A DNA stretch of 64,000 nt from positions 128,001-192,000 of the forward strand of contig JAUSGI010000008.1 of assembly GCA_030649135.1 (NCBI GenBank). The letters are read 5' to 3'. Positions 37,143-48,152 of this stretch are shown here, piece by piece. Source of the DNA: a bacterium. Its GTDB lineage: Bacteria; Patescibacteriota; Minisyncoccia; Phycocordibacterales; Zambryskibacteraceae. Each line of letters starts with the position of its first letter. Positions within the stretch are counted from its first letter, which is position 1. The translations under genes and the position numbers were made by a program. The notes beneath the pieces were generated by a model, which did no database searches, was not told where the DNA came from, and was given only the letters and a program-made list of their open reading frames with translations.

Positions 37143-38864
37143 TTATTCGAAATACTCCGGAGCATTGACCGCCATCCAGTCAAAAAGTTGGCGAACTACG
37201 GAAGTGGCCCCGAGGGTGTTTGTGCTCGGTCCCTTCTCCATCACAACCGCCCAGGCATATTTAGGATTCTCAAACGGAAAAAAACCAATAGACCAAGAAT
37301 TGACATAGAGGTTAAGAGAACCCACTTCCGCCGTGCCTGTTTTGGCAGCCACTTGCACAAATGGTACGTTGAGACCAACCGAGGTCCCGTAAGTGACACT
37401 ATCGCTCATGCCGGCGCGTACGACTTTCCAATCTTCGTCACTAAATTGAATGACACGCGCTGCGGACTCTAGGTTGCCACCGAGTACCAATGAGGGCGTT
37501 AGGACGTTACCGCCATTAGCGATTGCGGCCGTGAATCTTGCCGCATTGATAGGAGTGATTTGCGTGCCATATTGGCCGATGGCAGTAATATAGGTATCGC
37601 CTAGACGCCAGATTTCACCGTTAAATTTGTTCTTCTTCCACTCCGGAGTAGGAATAACGCCCTCTACTTCTCCCAGAAGTTCAATCCCCGTCCTCTCGGT
37701 CAAAGCAAAGAGTTGAAAGTATCTATCCAGGGCGGTTATACCCAATCCTTTTTGGTCACCGAAGCCGCCACCGATAGAATAAAAGTAAGTATCCGAAGAA
37801 ACAGCAAGGGCCTCTTTCATATCGGTCCAACCGTGGGCCTTCCAGTCTTTAAAGACAGAGGGTTGGGACGGATTGTATGGATTGGGCACCGTAATCGAGC
37901 CGGTGCTTAAAATTTGTTTGCCCGGAGAAATTAATTTCTCGTTGAGGGCCGCCAAAGCAACCATGGGCTTTAAAATAGACCCCGGGGTGTAGAGTCCACC
38001 GATGGCGCGGTTGAGAAATGGCTTGGATGGATTGTTAATAAAAAAATTAATAGCCCTTTGGTCTTTTCCCGATGTAAGCATGTTCTGGTCATATTCGGGA
38101 AAGCTCGTCATCGCGATAATCTCGCCAGAACGGACATCCATTAGTACGGCCGCCCCGCCTACAAAACCCTTATCCTTGGACAAAGACTCCATGGCCGAAT
38201 AAAGCCTGCCGGTCAAACGAGAGTCGATGGAGAGCACGATAGGATGACCATCTTCCGGCTTTTGGACTATTGACTCCGAAGTAGCCTCGCCAAAAACATT
38301 TGTCTCTTTTAACTTGAGACCATTGACTCCACTAAGCACATTATCGTAGGCGCGCTCGACTCCATCACGGCCACGATAATGTTCTTCGTAGTAGACACCC
38401 GCTCGGTCAAAGAGGGGATACTTAAGATAGCCGACCACGTGTGCGAGCCCCTTGATAGGCAGGTAAAGCCTGCCGGCAAAATCACTGTCACCTTCCTTGA
38501 CGGCATTCGTGGCCAATTCACGCATATTTCTGTCATAGATTACCCCTCTGTTCGCAAATATGAGAGTTTGCTCCAAACGGTTATGTTCCGAAATTTGCGC
38601 ATAGATAGCGCCTTGTTTGATTCCCAAGACCCAAAGCTTCGCAAAGAGAGTAAGTATCAAGAGAGCTAAAACAATCTTCACCACCAAAAAAGTTTGCTCA
38701 CCCATCGGCTTCTCTATCCTGCCTTCCAGACGATACTCCTCAAACCCCGGCAAGTTCGTGGAGTCCATAAAAATGTCCTCGGGGTTAATATCGCGATATT
38801 TTTTTCCTGTCTGCCGAAACAGGTTTAAACTTTTTTTTGTTTTGCGAAGCAGTTGTCTAAACAT
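37143..38864 (-). CDS. mrdA: penicillin-binding protein 2 (elongasome transpeptidase)
   Basis: SxxK (GSILKP), SSD and KTGTAE motifs. It lies in the mreBCD operon. The start is trimmed to MFRQLL, which overlaps the mreD stop. Confidence 0.8.
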   Translation of the reverse strand: MFRQLLRKTKKSLNLFRQTGKKYRDINPEDIFMDSTNLPGFEEYRLEGRIEKPMGEQTFLVVKIVLALLILTLFAKLWVLGIKQGAIYAQISEHNRLEQTLIFANRGVIYDRNMRELATNAVKEGDSDFAGRLYLPIKGLAHVVGYLKYPLFDRAGVYYEEHYRGRDGVERAYDNVLSGVNGLKLKETNVFGEATSESIVQKPEDGHPIVLSIDSRLTGRLYSAMESLSKDKGFVGGAAVLMDVRSGEIIAMTSFPEYDQNMLTSGKDQRAINFFINNPSKPFLNRAIGGLYTPGSILKPMVALAALNEKLISPGKQILSTGSITVPNPYNPSQPSVFKDWKAHGWTDMKEALAVSSDTYFYSIGGGFGDQKGLGITALDRYFQLFALTERTGIELLGEVEGVIPTPEWKKNKFNGEIWRLGDTYITAIGQYGTQITPINAARFTAAIANGGNVLTPSLVLGGNLESAARVIQFSDEDWKVVRAGMSDSVTYGTSVGLNVPFVQVAAKTGTAEVGSLNLYVNSWSIGFFPFENPKYAWAVVMEKGPSTNTLGATSVVRQLFDWMAVNAPEYFE

Positions 38865-39120
38865 AAGCTCTAAGATTCTCCCGAATAGGTAACAGCACAA
38901 TAAGCGCGACCAACGCCGTAAGTGCCAGCGGAGACGCAAGTGAAAACGGCACTTCCATCCCACTACCGTGAATCACGTCAATCAAAAACGCCAGCAAGAT
39001 TCCTTCCCAAAAAAACGGGGTAATAATAATGGCGATAAATAAAACCGGTATATAAACCCAGTACGGGAAGACTAGGATAGAAACCAGTACCACTACCAAA
39101 CTAAGGACGTGACGGGTCAT
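38857..39120 (-). CDS. mreD: rod shape-determining protein MreD-like small membrane protein
   Basis: 87 aa hydrophobic protein positioned between mreC and PBP2. Confidence 0.55.
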   Translation of the reverse strand: MTRHVLSLVVVLVSILVFPYWVYIPVLFIAIIITPFFWEGILLAFLIDVIHGSGMEVPFSLASPLALTALVALIVLLPIRENLRAYV

Positions 39121-39893
39121 GGCGTGACAAACACAAACCGAAGATGAAAGATGTTGGTCGGACTCTTGGCCAGTACTTCTTTAAATGAATCCGTGGGTTG
39201 TACGCCAATCTCTTCCACCACGGCCAAGAGTCGTGAGGTGATGTCAGCGACGAGAATCCTGTCACCCTTTTCAATTGCCACATCACGCGGGAAAGTCATT
39301 CTGAAATTACCCCCACCGGCACCGACAAGCATTATAGGCACTTCATTCCTTTCCAAAACCGCGCTTGTTTCTTCACCACTGGAGGAGAAGAGCTTTACTT
39401 TTGCCGAGCGAGAAAAAACCTCGGAGACTATCCCCAAAGCGGGGCCCTCCGGTAGAGACACCCTGGAACCTACCGTAATAGATTCATTTGAACCCGCATC
39501 AATAATGATGACATCGTAGGGCGTCTGGGGCGGTCGGGTCAGCACCGCTGCCACTACCATATTGAATTCCCCTCTACGACCTACCAACTCCAGAAGTGTA
39601 TTTTCTTGAATTCTCTCTTGGGACATGGAAAGAATGTCGAGCTCAAGGGAAGACAACCTTTCTTTAAGCCTGGTATTTTCTTCCACCAGTGCTTGTTGTA
39701 AACTGACAAAAGCGACTCCATTCCGCAAATTCCTGACAATGACATTCTCTGCCTTCCAGACAGGAGACACCATCGAGACTAAAGCCCCATCGAGAAAAGG
39801 GAAGATAATCGCTCCGGATAGGAAAATTGCCACGAGAACGAGTATCCGTTTAAAGTAAGGACGCTTTAATCTATTTTTTGGGAGGTAATTCAC
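39117..39893 (-). CDS. mreC: rod shape-determining protein MreC
   Basis: N-terminal TM helix and coiled-coil, then a beta-rich domain. Sits directly downstream of mreB. Confidence 0.8.
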   Translation of the reverse strand: MNYLPKNRLKRPYFKRILVLVAIFLSGAIIFPFLDGALVSMVSPVWKAENVIVRNLRNGVAFVSLQQALVEENTRLKERLSSLELDILSMSQERIQENTLLELVGRRGEFNMVVAAVLTRPPQTPYDVIIIDAGSNESITVGSRVSLPEGPALGIVSEVFSRSAKVKLFSSSGEETSAVLERNEVPIMLVGAGGGNFRMTFPRDVAIEKGDRILVADITSRLLAVVEEIGVQPTDSFKEVLAKSPTNIFHLRFVFVTP

Positions 39894-40935
39894 CTTCGTT
39901 TTCTACAAGTAAATCTCGGAAACTTTCCAAATCTTCAAGAATAATGCCGGTACCACGTGCCACAGCGGTGAGAGGGTCGGCGGCTACATGCACCGGTATA
40001 TGAATCTCACTTTCGATAAGTTCGGCGAGTCCCTTGACCAAGGCTCCTCCGCCGGAGAGATAAACTCCTCTATGCATGATGTCACTCAAAATATCGGGCG
40101 GGGTAGACTCCAATACTTCCTTAATCGTCTCTATGAGACTTTCCATTGATTGAGAAAGGGCGTCGCGGATATCCATGTCGGTAAGAATAATTTCTCTGGG
40201 AAGACCGGAGACCAGGTCGCGCCCTTTGACCGGCATTTCAAGCGGGGCGTGGGTGGGCAAAACCGAGCCAATGGAAATCTTGACCATCTCGGCAGTCTTT
40301 TCCCCCAAGAGCACTTTGAATTGATTACGAACATGAGCAATGATGTCCGAGTTAAACTTATCTCCGGCGATGCGCAAATTTCTGGACTTAACCACTCCGC
40401 CAAGCGAGATAATGGCGATATCGGAAGTGCCACCGCCTATGTCTATGACCATATTGCCGACAGGGTCATGAATGGGCAGGCGCATGCCAATAGCGGCCGC
40501 CATCGGTTCCTCAATAATATGCACCTCTCCGGCGCCGGCGTTCCTGGTGGCGTCACGCACGGCGCGAATTTCCACATCTGTGATGCCTGACGGTACACCA
40601 ACCACCACTCTTGGGCTAAAAACTTTATTCGAACCTACCGTAGCTCTACTTAAAAGATAGCTAATCATCTCTTCGGTAATCTCGAAGTCAGAAATCACGC
40701 CGTCTACCAAGGGCTTGATAGCCAAGATATGCCCTGGAGTACGCCCAAGCATTGCCCTGGCCTCTGTACCGATGGCCACAATCTGTCCGGTCTTTTGATT
40801 GACCGCCACCACCGACGGCTCGTTAATTACAATCCCCTTGCCGCGCAGATAGACTAAGGTATTGGCTGTACCAAGATCGATACCGACATCGTGGGAAAAA
40901 AGTCTGCGGAAGTTTTTTATACCGGGAAATTTCAT
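39871..40935 (-). CDS. mreB: rod shape-determining protein MreB
   Basis: Actin-like ATPase motifs GIDLGTANTLVY and DIGGGTSD. Confidence 0.93.
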   Translation of the reverse strand: MKFPGIKNFRRLFSHDVGIDLGTANTLVYLRGKGIVINEPSVVAVNQKTGQIVAIGTEARAMLGRTPGHILAIKPLVDGVISDFEITEEMISYLLSRATVGSNKVFSPRVVVGVPSGITDVEIRAVRDATRNAGAGEVHIIEEPMAAAIGMRLPIHDPVGNMVIDIGGGTSDIAIISLGGVVKSRNLRIAGDKFNSDIIAHVRNQFKVLLGEKTAEMVKISIGSVLPTHAPLEMPVKGRDLVSGLPREIILTDMDIRDALSQSMESLIETIKEVLESTPPDILSDIMHRGVYLSGGGALVKGLAELIESEIHIPVHVAADPLTAVARGTGIILEDLESFRDLLVENEGELPPKK

Positions 40936-42152
40936 TACCGTTTAAGTTTGTTAATGATATCCTCAACCTTAAGTTCTTCGGTCTTGCCGGTAGCCCGCTC
41001 TTTAACCTCTAACATTTTTGATACAAGAGCTTTTGTGCCAATTATCACCTGCATGGGAATACCGATGAGGTCAGCATCAGCGAACTTCTCTCCGGCGCGC
41101 ATGTCACGGTCATCGTAGAGCACTTCGATACCATGTGAGATAAGCGTCTGGTACGCCTCGTCCGCTAATTTCTTCGCTTCCTCTGTCAGAGAAAGCAGGT
41201 GAACTTGGAAAGGCGCGACCTCCCTTGGCCAGACAATACCTTTTTCGTCGGAGAGCACTTCCACTACCGTGCCCATAAGCCGTCCGAGACCAATACCATA
41301 AGCACCCATAAATATTGATTTCTTCTCCCCCTTTTCATCTTGGAACTGAAGTCCGAAAGCGTCTGGGTATTTTGAACCATAAGGAAAGATGTTGCCTACT
41401 TCTATTGATTTTCTACCTTCTCCGCCCCTATCTTCGACTTCCTTATTTACCGCCATTTTCTTGCTCTCATCTGTTATATAAATGATGTCTTCACCCGCTT
41501 CAGATAGGGTTTGGAACTCGTCGGTCAAATTTGTGGTAAATGACCCTCCAGCAGCAACCGTACGATAAGTTTTTTCACCCAGACCAACTCGGGCAAATAT
41601 CTTTAGATAAGCCCCGGCGCACTTTTCGTAAAATTCTTTGAATTCATCTTCAGTCCGATTGAAAGAATACATATCTTTCATCAGAAACTCCCGCACACGC
41701 ATGATACCACTCTTGGCGCGCAGTTCATTCCTGAATTTAGTCTGGAATTGGTAAGTATATAGAGGTAAATCTTTGTAAGAACTCACAAACTCTGTGAGCA
41801 TTGCTGTCATCGGTTCCTCATGAGTGTTAGCGATACCTAGATCGTTGCCATTCGCAAGTTTGGTCTTGAACCAATTGTCTACTACTTTATCGTCCCACCT
41901 GTTCGTCTTCTTCCATATTTCTGGGTCCTGAAGAGTGGTCATGAGAACCTCTTGACCACCTATAGCATTCATCTCCTCGCGGATGATATTTTCGATATTC
42001 TTCACTACTCGCAGACCTAAAGGTAGATACGAATAGACCCCAGCTAACTCCTTATGAATGAAGCCCGCGCGAGTGAGGAGAATGGCATTCTTAGAGACTT
42101 CGTCCTTGGGCGCTTCCTTGCGCGTCTTGGTAAATAGTTCGCTCTGTCGCAT
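40935..42152 (-). CDS. proS: prolyl-tRNA synthetase, bacterial type without the editing insertion
   Basis: N-terminal LLTRAGFIHKELAGVYSYLPLGLRV plus class II motifs. 405 aa. Confidence 0.85.
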   Translation of the reverse strand: MRQSELFTKTRKEAPKDEVSKNAILLTRAGFIHKELAGVYSYLPLGLRVVKNIENIIREEMNAIGGQEVLMTTLQDPEIWKKTNRWDDKVVDNWFKTKLANGNDLGIANTHEEPMTAMLTEFVSSYKDLPLYTYQFQTKFRNELRAKSGIMRVREFLMKDMYSFNRTEDEFKEFYEKCAGAYLKIFARVGLGEKTYRTVAAGGSFTTNLTDEFQTLSEAGEDIIYITDESKKMAVNKEVEDRGGEGRKSIEVGNIFPYGSKYPDAFGLQFQDEKGEKKSIFMGAYGIGLGRLMGTVVEVLSDEKGIVWPREVAPFQVHLLSLTEEAKKLADEAYQTLISHGIEVLYDDRDMRAGEKFADADLIGIPMQVIIGTKALVSKMLEVKERATGKTEELKVEDIINKLKR

Positions 42153-42193
42153 CGCACTATTCTACAGAAAAATCAACGTAAAACAAAGTCCGG

Positions 42194-43270
42194 TTAGAAC
42201 AGATGACGAACGTCTTGGACGGTTATAACAAGCATCAGGATAATGAGTAGGACAAAACCGACAGTATTCAACATATTAAAAATTCTTGGCGGAATAGACC
42301 GACGGCTCATTGCTTCAATTCCGACAACCAATAGTCGCCCACCGTCAAGCGCAGGAAGGGGCAAAAGATTAATAACGGTAAGATTAATAGAAAGTAGGGC
42401 GGTAAAAGTCAAAAGGTAAGCCAGTCCCAGTTCCCGTGCATCCCCAACCATACCTACAATGCCCACCGGTCCCGTCACACTGGATAAGTCGGCCCTGCCA
42501 CCCATAGCCTCTAAGATAAAGGTACCAATCGCCTGGCCAGTCAATAAAGTTAGTTCAGAAGTAGTTTTGAGTCCATACCAGATGGCTTTATGCGGGGGCA
42601 ATTTCACTATACCTATGACATCCATAGAGATACCCACGGCGGGTCTGTCTGGAACGATCCCCTCCTTCGGTACTACAGTCTTTTTAGAGATTTGCCCACT
42701 TCTCTCTACCTCGAAAATAAGTGGTTCCATCGACTGAGCGATAAAAGCGGACACCTCCTCCGGTAAAAGTGAAGCACTAACCCCATTTCTGGAAAGCGAG
42801 ACCACCGTATCTCCGGATTTAATACCGACAGAAGCTGCCGGAGAAGCGGGTAAGACAACAGTGATAACGGTATGGGCATTTTCAAGTGGCAAAGAGAGAC
42901 TCTCTGGGGCAGGCAAACCGGTAATAAATCCGAGTGAGATTAATAACCACGCAAACATAAAATTTCCCACTACCCCAGCCACCAACACAGACGCTTGGAT
43001 GCCGCGGCGCTTGGACTGAAAATTATCTGGAGACAGAATTTCGGTTTTTTCCGCAGGATTTTCTCCGAAGATTTTTACAAAACCGCCAAACGGCAACCAA
43101 TTGAGAGTAAAGGGGGTATCTTTCCAAATAAAAAGTCTTTTAGCGCGGGGTGGGAAACCCAGACCGAATTCGTCTACCCGAATCCCGAATCTTTTCGCAA
43201 CCAGAAAATGCCCAAGCTCGTGGACAATAATAAGCGCGCTTAAAATAATGATGAAGATAATAACGGACAT
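42194..43270 (-). CDS. rseP: RIP zinc metalloprotease RseP (site-2 protease, M50) with a PDZ domain
   Basis: HELGHFLVAKRFG and LDGG motifs in a polytopic membrane protein. Confidence 0.85.
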   Translation of the reverse strand: MSVIIFIIILSALIIVHELGHFLVAKRFGIRVDEFGLGFPPRAKRLFIWKDTPFTLNWLPFGGFVKIFGENPAEKTEILSPDNFQSKRRGIQASVLVAGVVGNFMFAWLLISLGFITGLPAPESLSLPLENAHTVITVVLPASPAASVGIKSGDTVVSLSRNGVSASLLPEEVSAFIAQSMEPLIFEVERSGQISKKTVVPKEGIVPDRPAVGISMDVIGIVKLPPHKAIWYGLKTTSELTLLTGQAIGTFILEAMGGRADLSSVTGPVGIVGMVGDARELGLAYLLTFTALLSINLTVINLLPLPALDGGRLLVVGIEAMSRRSIPPRIFNMLNTVGFVLLIILMLVITVQDVRHLF

Positions 43271-43279
43271 ATAGTCTGA

Positions 43280-43831
43280 TTACTCCAAAATCTCCCTTTC
43301 TTTCTTCAGGGCCAACTCCTCAAGCTTCTGGTTGGCAGTATCAACCACCTTTTGTAACTCTTGCTTGAACCTAAATTTATCATCTTCGCTGACACTTCCA
43401 TCTTTTTCCTTGCGGTCGATGGTCTCCAAACTCTTCTCGCGTTCCGTACGTATTTTAATACGCGCTTCTTCCAGTTTTTCTTTCGCCACTTTTGAAAGCA
43501 TAGCACGCCGTTCACCAGTCAATTCTGGGAAAGAGACTCGTAGACCCGCCGCATCTATAGCCACGGAAAGTCCCAAATTTGACTCTCTGATGGCTTTATC
43601 AATATCCTTGGTAACATCTTTATCCCACGCTGTTATGCGCAAGGTCTTGGGGTCTTCGATAGCGACGGTGGCCAGTTGATTGATAGTCATAGGCGAGCCG
43701 TAAGCGTTTACCGATACCCCGTCGAGGATACTCGGCGTAGCCCGACCGGTACTAAGACCGGCGTATTCCTTCTTGAGCCAGCCGAGTGCCGACTCACCCG
43801 CTTGCCTAAATTCGGCGAAATCGTATGCCAT
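43280..43831 (-). CDS. frr: ribosome recycling factor
   Basis: RRF fold. 183 aa. Confidence 0.9.
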   Translation of the reverse strand: MAYDFAEFRQAGESALGWLKKEYAGLSTGRATPSILDGVSVNAYGSPMTINQLATVAIEDPKTLRITAWDKDVTKDIDKAIRESNLGLSVAIDAAGLRVSFPELTGERRAMLSKVAKEKLEEARIKIRTEREKSLETIDRKEKDGSVSEDDKFRFKQELQKVVDTANQKLEELALKKEREILE

Positions 43832-43838
43832 AAAATTA

Positions 43839-44447
43839 TTATAGCACCAGGGACAGATGCTCGATGGTTAAACGCGGAGCAAGGACAGGATCACGCACCA
43901 GACGCCTGATACGATAAACACTCTCGACCGGCCCATTTTTTCCTACCCGCTGTCTTAACAACAACAAGAGATTATCGAGAAAAATCGGCAAACTTTTTTC
44001 CTCATCGGCAAAGGTCTTGGCAAATAAGAGGCGGTCTTTGACAGAGGATGCGAGAAACACTTCCGCATCCTTAGACCCAAGAATTTTATGGCCAGAGATG
44101 CGGACAATTTGCATGCGGGAAAGTAAAGTCGGCACAATTAAACTCTCTTCTCTGGTAACAAGAAAGAAGTAGGTATCGGGAAATGGCTCTTCAAATGTCT
44201 TGAGCAGAGCATTTTGCGCTTCAAGCGTTATGCGCGTTGGGACAATGAGGAAAATCTTTCTGTTGGTTAACGCCTTGCGTGCGGACAATAACTTCAACTC
44301 TCGCGCCTCGTCAATACCGAAAGTCTCTTTTTTAAAAACAAAGAAATCAGGGTTATTGGCAAGTTCAATACCTAGACTGGCATAGAGCGAGCGTACGTAT
44401 AATTCCCCCTCTTCCGCCCCACCGATGAGCAGACTAGCGTGGTGCAA
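43839..44447 (-). CDS. holB: DNA polymerase III delta-prime-like clamp-loader subunit (truncated AAA+ domain, no Walker A)
   Basis: [10 protein letters not shown] motif and sensor LSRMQIV. Confidence 0.6.
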   Translation of the reverse strand: MHHASLLIGGAEEGELYVRSLYASLGIELANNPDFFVFKKETFGIDEARELKLLSARKALTNRKIFLIVPTRITLEAQNALLKTFEEPFPDTYFFLVTREESLIVPTLLSRMQIVRISGHKILGSKDAEVFLASSVKDRLLFAKTFADEEKSLPIFLDNLLLLLRQRVGKNGPVESVYRIRRLVRDPVLAPRLTIEHLSLVL

Positions 44448-44904
44448 GTTTATCGATGTTTAAGAGTTCTACTTCAAAGATAAGGGTCGAATTGGGAGGA
44501 ATAGTTCCTACCCCGAGCGGACCGTAGCCGTAGTCTGGGGCGACGGTGAGACGGCGCTTGCCTCCCACACGCATACCGGAGAGTCCGTCATCCCAACCGC
44601 GAATAACTTCTCCTGTTCCAAGGGTAAAACTAAACGGTATGTTTCTATCAAGAGAACTATCGAAAACCCTTCCATCCGAAAGAGTGCCCACGTAATGTAC
44701 AGTAAGAGTATCCCCCGATTCTGCCACGAGACCCTCTCCCACTACCACTTCTTCCGTCACTATACCCGTCTCTAACGTTCGTGCGTTTAAGTTATCAAGA
44801 GGAGGGTTAAAGAGATTCATGATGGGACTGGCAAACAAAAGATATGCTAATAAACCCAAACTTGCGGATACGGCAACCCATTGATTTTTGTTAAGATGTC
44901 TCAT
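44434..44904 (-). CDS. FKBP-type peptidyl-prolyl cis-trans isomerase
   Basis: FKBP signature DGRVFDSS...[19 protein letters not shown] with an N-terminal signal anchor. Confidence 0.85.
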   Translation of the reverse strand: MRHLNKNQWVAVSASLGLLAYLLFASPIMNLFNPPLDNLNARTLETGIVTEEVVVGEGLVAESGDTLTVHYVGTLSDGRVFDSSLDRNIPFSFTLGTGEVIRGWDDGLSGMRVGGKRRLTVAPDYGYGPLGVGTIPPNSTLIFEVELLNIDKLAPR

Positions 44905-44954
44905 ATTTTTCTTTATACTTTATAGGCGTACTGTCTATATGATATGATAGCGCC

Positions 44955-45692
44955 ATGAAAGAATCAACTGGGAAAGCGCCCGTCAAAAATATCCTGACTT
45001 TAAGCCGAGAAGAAATGCACATCCTCGCCCGAGAGAGAGTCTCGGAAATCTCGAAAGAATTTACGGAAGGATTCGAATTTCTTGAAGATTACCCCAAATC
45101 CGTCACTTTCTTCGGCGCTAACCAGTCCCAGGAGGATAATCCTTATTACATAAGCGCCCGTGCCCTTGCCTCGCGAGTGGTCAAAGAGCTTGGCTACTCG
45201 GTGCTCTCCGGCGGCGGTCCCGGTATCATGGAAGCGGCTAATCGAGGCGCCTTTGAAGCCGGAGGGAACTCGCTTGGGCTTCTGATTAAACTCCCGGAGG
45301 GACAGGTGATAAATAAATATATCACCAAGTCATTCGCTTCCTATTATTTCTTTGTACGCAAGGTTTGCCTTTCTTTCTCCGCCGAGGCGTTCATCTTTTA
45401 TCCCGGCGGCTTTGGCACCCTCGACGAATTTTTTGAAATTTTGACTCTTATCCAAACAAGAAAAATCGCCAACGTGCCATTAATTTGCGTCGGTTCCGAA
45501 TTCTGGAGTAAACTCAAAGATTTTATGAAAAAGGAACAACTTGGCCGTAAAGCCATCATGCCAGAGGACCTCAATCTCTTTCACATCGTCGATGACCACG
45601 ATAAAATTATAGAAATCATCAAGAAAGTACCGGTGCGCATCGGTGTGCCACTAACTAAAGCAAACGCCAAGATAACAGATAGATACGAATAG
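44955..45692 (+). CDS. LOG-family protein (TIGR00730 Rossmann-fold nucleotide-binding, cytokinin riboside 5'-monophosphate phosphoribohydrolase-like)
   Basis: GGGPGIMEA and PGGFGTLDE motifs. Confidence 0.85.
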   Translation: MKESTGKAPVKNILTLSREEMHILARERVSEISKEFTEGFEFLEDYPKSVTFFGANQSQEDNPYYISARALASRVVKELGYSVLSGGGPGIMEAANRGAFEAGGNSLGLLIKLPEGQVINKYITKSFASYYFFVRKVCLSFSAEAFIFYPGGFGTLDEFFEILTLIQTRKIANVPLICVGSEFWSKLKDFMKKEQLGRKAIMPEDLNLFHIVDDHDKIIEIIKKVPVRIGVPLTKANAKITDRYE

Positions 45693-45700
45693 GTAAACAT

Positions 45701-45739
45701 AAAAAAACCGGCGGGACACCCAGAGTGGGTGTCCGCCGG
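45701..45739 (-). terminator. rho-independent terminator for the minus-strand gene
   Basis: Plus strand shows AAAAAAA then CCGGCGGGACACCC-agag-TGGGTGTCCGCCGG. On the minus strand this is a 13-14 bp GC stem followed by TTTTTTT. Confidence 0.7.
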
Positions 45740-45753
45740 CGCGGCGGTTGCCG

Positions 45754-46230
45754 CTAGCGTTTCGAGTGGAGATAATGCTGATGAGGTAGGCGCTGGCGCG
45801 AGCGACGCTTCCTGCGGTGCGGGGAAGGACCATTTCCCCACGGGTACTCGTGGCCGTTCTGGCGGAACTCGCGAGAGAACATCGTCGCGATCTGTTGCGC
45901 CGCGCCTTTCACATGTGACGGGAAGGTCACGCACTTCCTGCCGACGGCAACACACGAACCGGTGGAAAGCCTCCGCACCCAGTCAGGCATCCCATCGGCC
46001 GTGTTTGTAGGACGAGGGCTCCACCTGTTGACACCGAACTCGACGTCACAGAGCGCCACCACTACATTCCCACGCACCTTGGCTTCAGCCTCGATCACGG
46101 ACTTCACGACCACCGTTGTACATCCGTGCTCCTTGAGCGCCTCGATCACGAGGGCACTCCTGGGGTTGTGATGCTTGTCGGCCGGTTCGTGAATGGTAAA
46201 GAAGACCAGACCGCCGCTCTGTTCACCCAT
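45754..46230 (-). CDS. hypothetical protein (about 62 % GC) with a basic C-terminal tail
   Basis: RBS GGGAGAGGTG precedes the ATG at 46230, and a terminator follows at 45701-45739. No recognisable family. Confidence 0.5.
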   Translation of the reverse strand: MGEQSGGLVFFTIHEPADKHHNPRSALVIEALKEHGCTTVVVKSVIEAEAKVRGNVVVALCDVEFGVNRWSPRPTNTADGMPDWVRRLSTGSCVAVGRKCVTFPSHVKGAAQQIATMFSREFRQNGHEYPWGNGPSPHRRKRRSRQRLPHQHYLHSKR

Positions 46231-46327
46231 CTATCACCTCTCCCAAAGAATTGGACAAAGGGGATAACTGTCCTCTGACAGTCTAGCCCTAGAGCTTTGA
46301 GGGTGTCAAGGCAGAACTAAAACCATT

Positions 46328-46714
46328 TTAAAGTGATACCGGCCAAGGGGTCGGAATGGCGAGAAGCATCAAGACCGCGCCGAGAATGGCTAAGTTTTTC
46401 ATAAACTGAATCTGGTCCATCATGCGCGCTTGGCCCTCTTCTTTCCAGAAAGTGTGCATGGTAAATGTCACCGGTATAAAGAAAAGTGCCACAGCAATGA
46501 TGCCAGCTGTTACCCGCACTCCGGTGATGATAGTGTAGCCACCAAATAGCAACAGAAGTCCGGAAACAATTACTGCGACCTTCGCCATTGGCACTTTTTT
46601 GGATTCGGTATAGGCAATTAAATCTTTAGTCTTGAACAAATGATTATAGGCGTTGTAAAGCAAGAAACTTCCGAGCAAAAGTCGGCCGATAAAAAATAAA
46701 ATGTCCGTATTCAT
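46328..46714 (-). CDS. DoxX-family membrane protein
   Basis: Four TM helices. N-terminal FFIGRLLLGSFLLYNAYNHL is typical of DoxX. Confidence 0.7.
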   Translation of the reverse strand: MNTDILFFIGRLLLGSFLLYNAYNHLFKTKDLIAYTESKKVPMAKVAVIVSGLLLLFGGYTIITGVRVTAGIIAVALFFIPVTFTMHTFWKEEGQARMMDQIQFMKNLAILGAVLMLLAIPTPWPVSL

Positions 46715-46873
46715 GTGGTTTAAATAAACTTATAAGTCCTCATATCATAACATTTATAGAGATCAATCGGTTCCACTTGCATTTTATAAACACTTGTTGT
46801 ATAATTAAGGCAGACAGCAGATAACCTTAGTAAACTTTCCCGCTCAACGTAGCGTAACCACAGGAGAAGAGTA

Positions 46874-48004
46874 ATGACAAATGTGTACGTGGCACTCGGT
46901 TTCCTCGTTCTATGGACAATCATCTTCGCCTACGCCTCAATTGTCTTGGTGAAGACCGGGTCGATTGCGGTCGTGTTTCGATTCAGGGCGTTCAAACGCG
47001 TCCTTGAACCCAGGACATTCCCCCACTTCATCATCCCAATCATTGACACCATCGAGAGGTATTCGACCCAGACTCATCAGGAGGAACTCCCGGCCGAAGC
47101 TGACAATATCGATCGGGTAAACGACATCCCCAGTCCCGGGAAAAAACTCCCTTTCCGTGTCCTCATGAAAGGAAAGGGGGAAGCCATCTTCTACGTGAAG
47201 AAGGCCGAGAGCGACGCTACCATCATCCGTACCGACCCACTCACAGCATGGAATCAGGTCCATTTCCAAGACCTTAATGAGCCAAGAAGAAAAGCTCTGG
47301 AGGAGGACTCGCTTCACGCCCCACTCACAGGAGAGATCGCGGTGGTCGTCGAGTGGTATTTGAAGGGCGACGACGAATATTCCATCAAAGACTTCGTCCA
47401 GAACGTCATCCCAGAGGGTGGGCGTAATCGAGAAGAAGAGATCAGGAAGCGTATCGAGGACATGGCATCCAGGACGCTTCAGGAACTCCTTGGACCCGTT
47501 ACTCTCGGTCATGCCCAAGAGATGATGTCTCTCTTCAGCCTACTCATAAAGGAAAGGACAGAGATTCTGGTCGGGGAAAAGGGTGAAGGGAGCAGACCCT
47601 GGGGCATCCACATTCGTGATGCCTACATCAAGAGCATCCACCCGGGCCGGAGAGTGAACGAGGCCAGAGCGGATGCCGCAGCCGCAGTCAGCCAGAAGCA
47701 AGGAACAATCCGTATTGCCGAAGGTGTGGCAGTGGCAACCGAGCTGCAGGCCGAGGCTGACAAGACGAGGGAGATCAAGAAGGGCGAAGGAGAAGCCGCC
47801 CGGATCAACGCGATGGCTGCTGCGATGAAAGATCCTGACGCGCGCTTCATCGCCCAGCTCGACGTGCTGGAAACGGCCCTGCCGGCTGCCAACACCGTGT
47901 ACGTGGTGCCAAGTGACGGAGGACTCTTCGGCAACCTGCTCGCTCTCGGCAAAGAGGTCGTGAAAAATACGAAAAAGGAGGACAAACCAGAAGACAAGAA
48001 ATAG
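46874..48004 (+). CDS. SPFH/Band-7 domain membrane protein (stomatin/HflK-like)
   Basis: N-terminal TM helix, then SIAVVFRFRAF... in a band-7 fold, then an Ala/Glu-rich coiled-coil. RBS AGGAGAAG upstream. Confidence 0.75.
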   Translation: MTNVYVALGFLVLWTIIFAYASIVLVKTGSIAVVFRFRAFKRVLEPRTFPHFIIPIIDTIERYSTQTHQEELPAEADNIDRVNDIPSPGKKLPFRVLMKGKGEAIFYVKKAESDATIIRTDPLTAWNQVHFQDLNEPRRKALEEDSLHAPLTGEIAVVVEWYLKGDDEYSIKDFVQNVIPEGGRNREEEIRKRIEDMASRTLQELLGPVTLGHAQEMMSLFSLLIKERTEILVGEKGEGSRPWGIHIRDAYIKSIHPGRRVNEARADAAAAVSQKQGTIRIAEGVAVATELQAEADKTREIKKGEGEAARINAMAAAMKDPDARFIAQLDVLETALPAANTVYVVPSDGGLFGNLLALGKEVVKNTKKEDKPEDKK

Positions 48005-48152
48005 ACAGGAAGTGTTCGTGTGCCGTCGCCAGCTTTCAGCTGGCGGCGGCACTTTTATTTATAAAATTCTATCACATCTATTGACATAATTGAATCAAAG
48101 GTGTATAATTCTAGTAGATGCTCTCCACAAACTAACAGAAAGGACAGGCGAA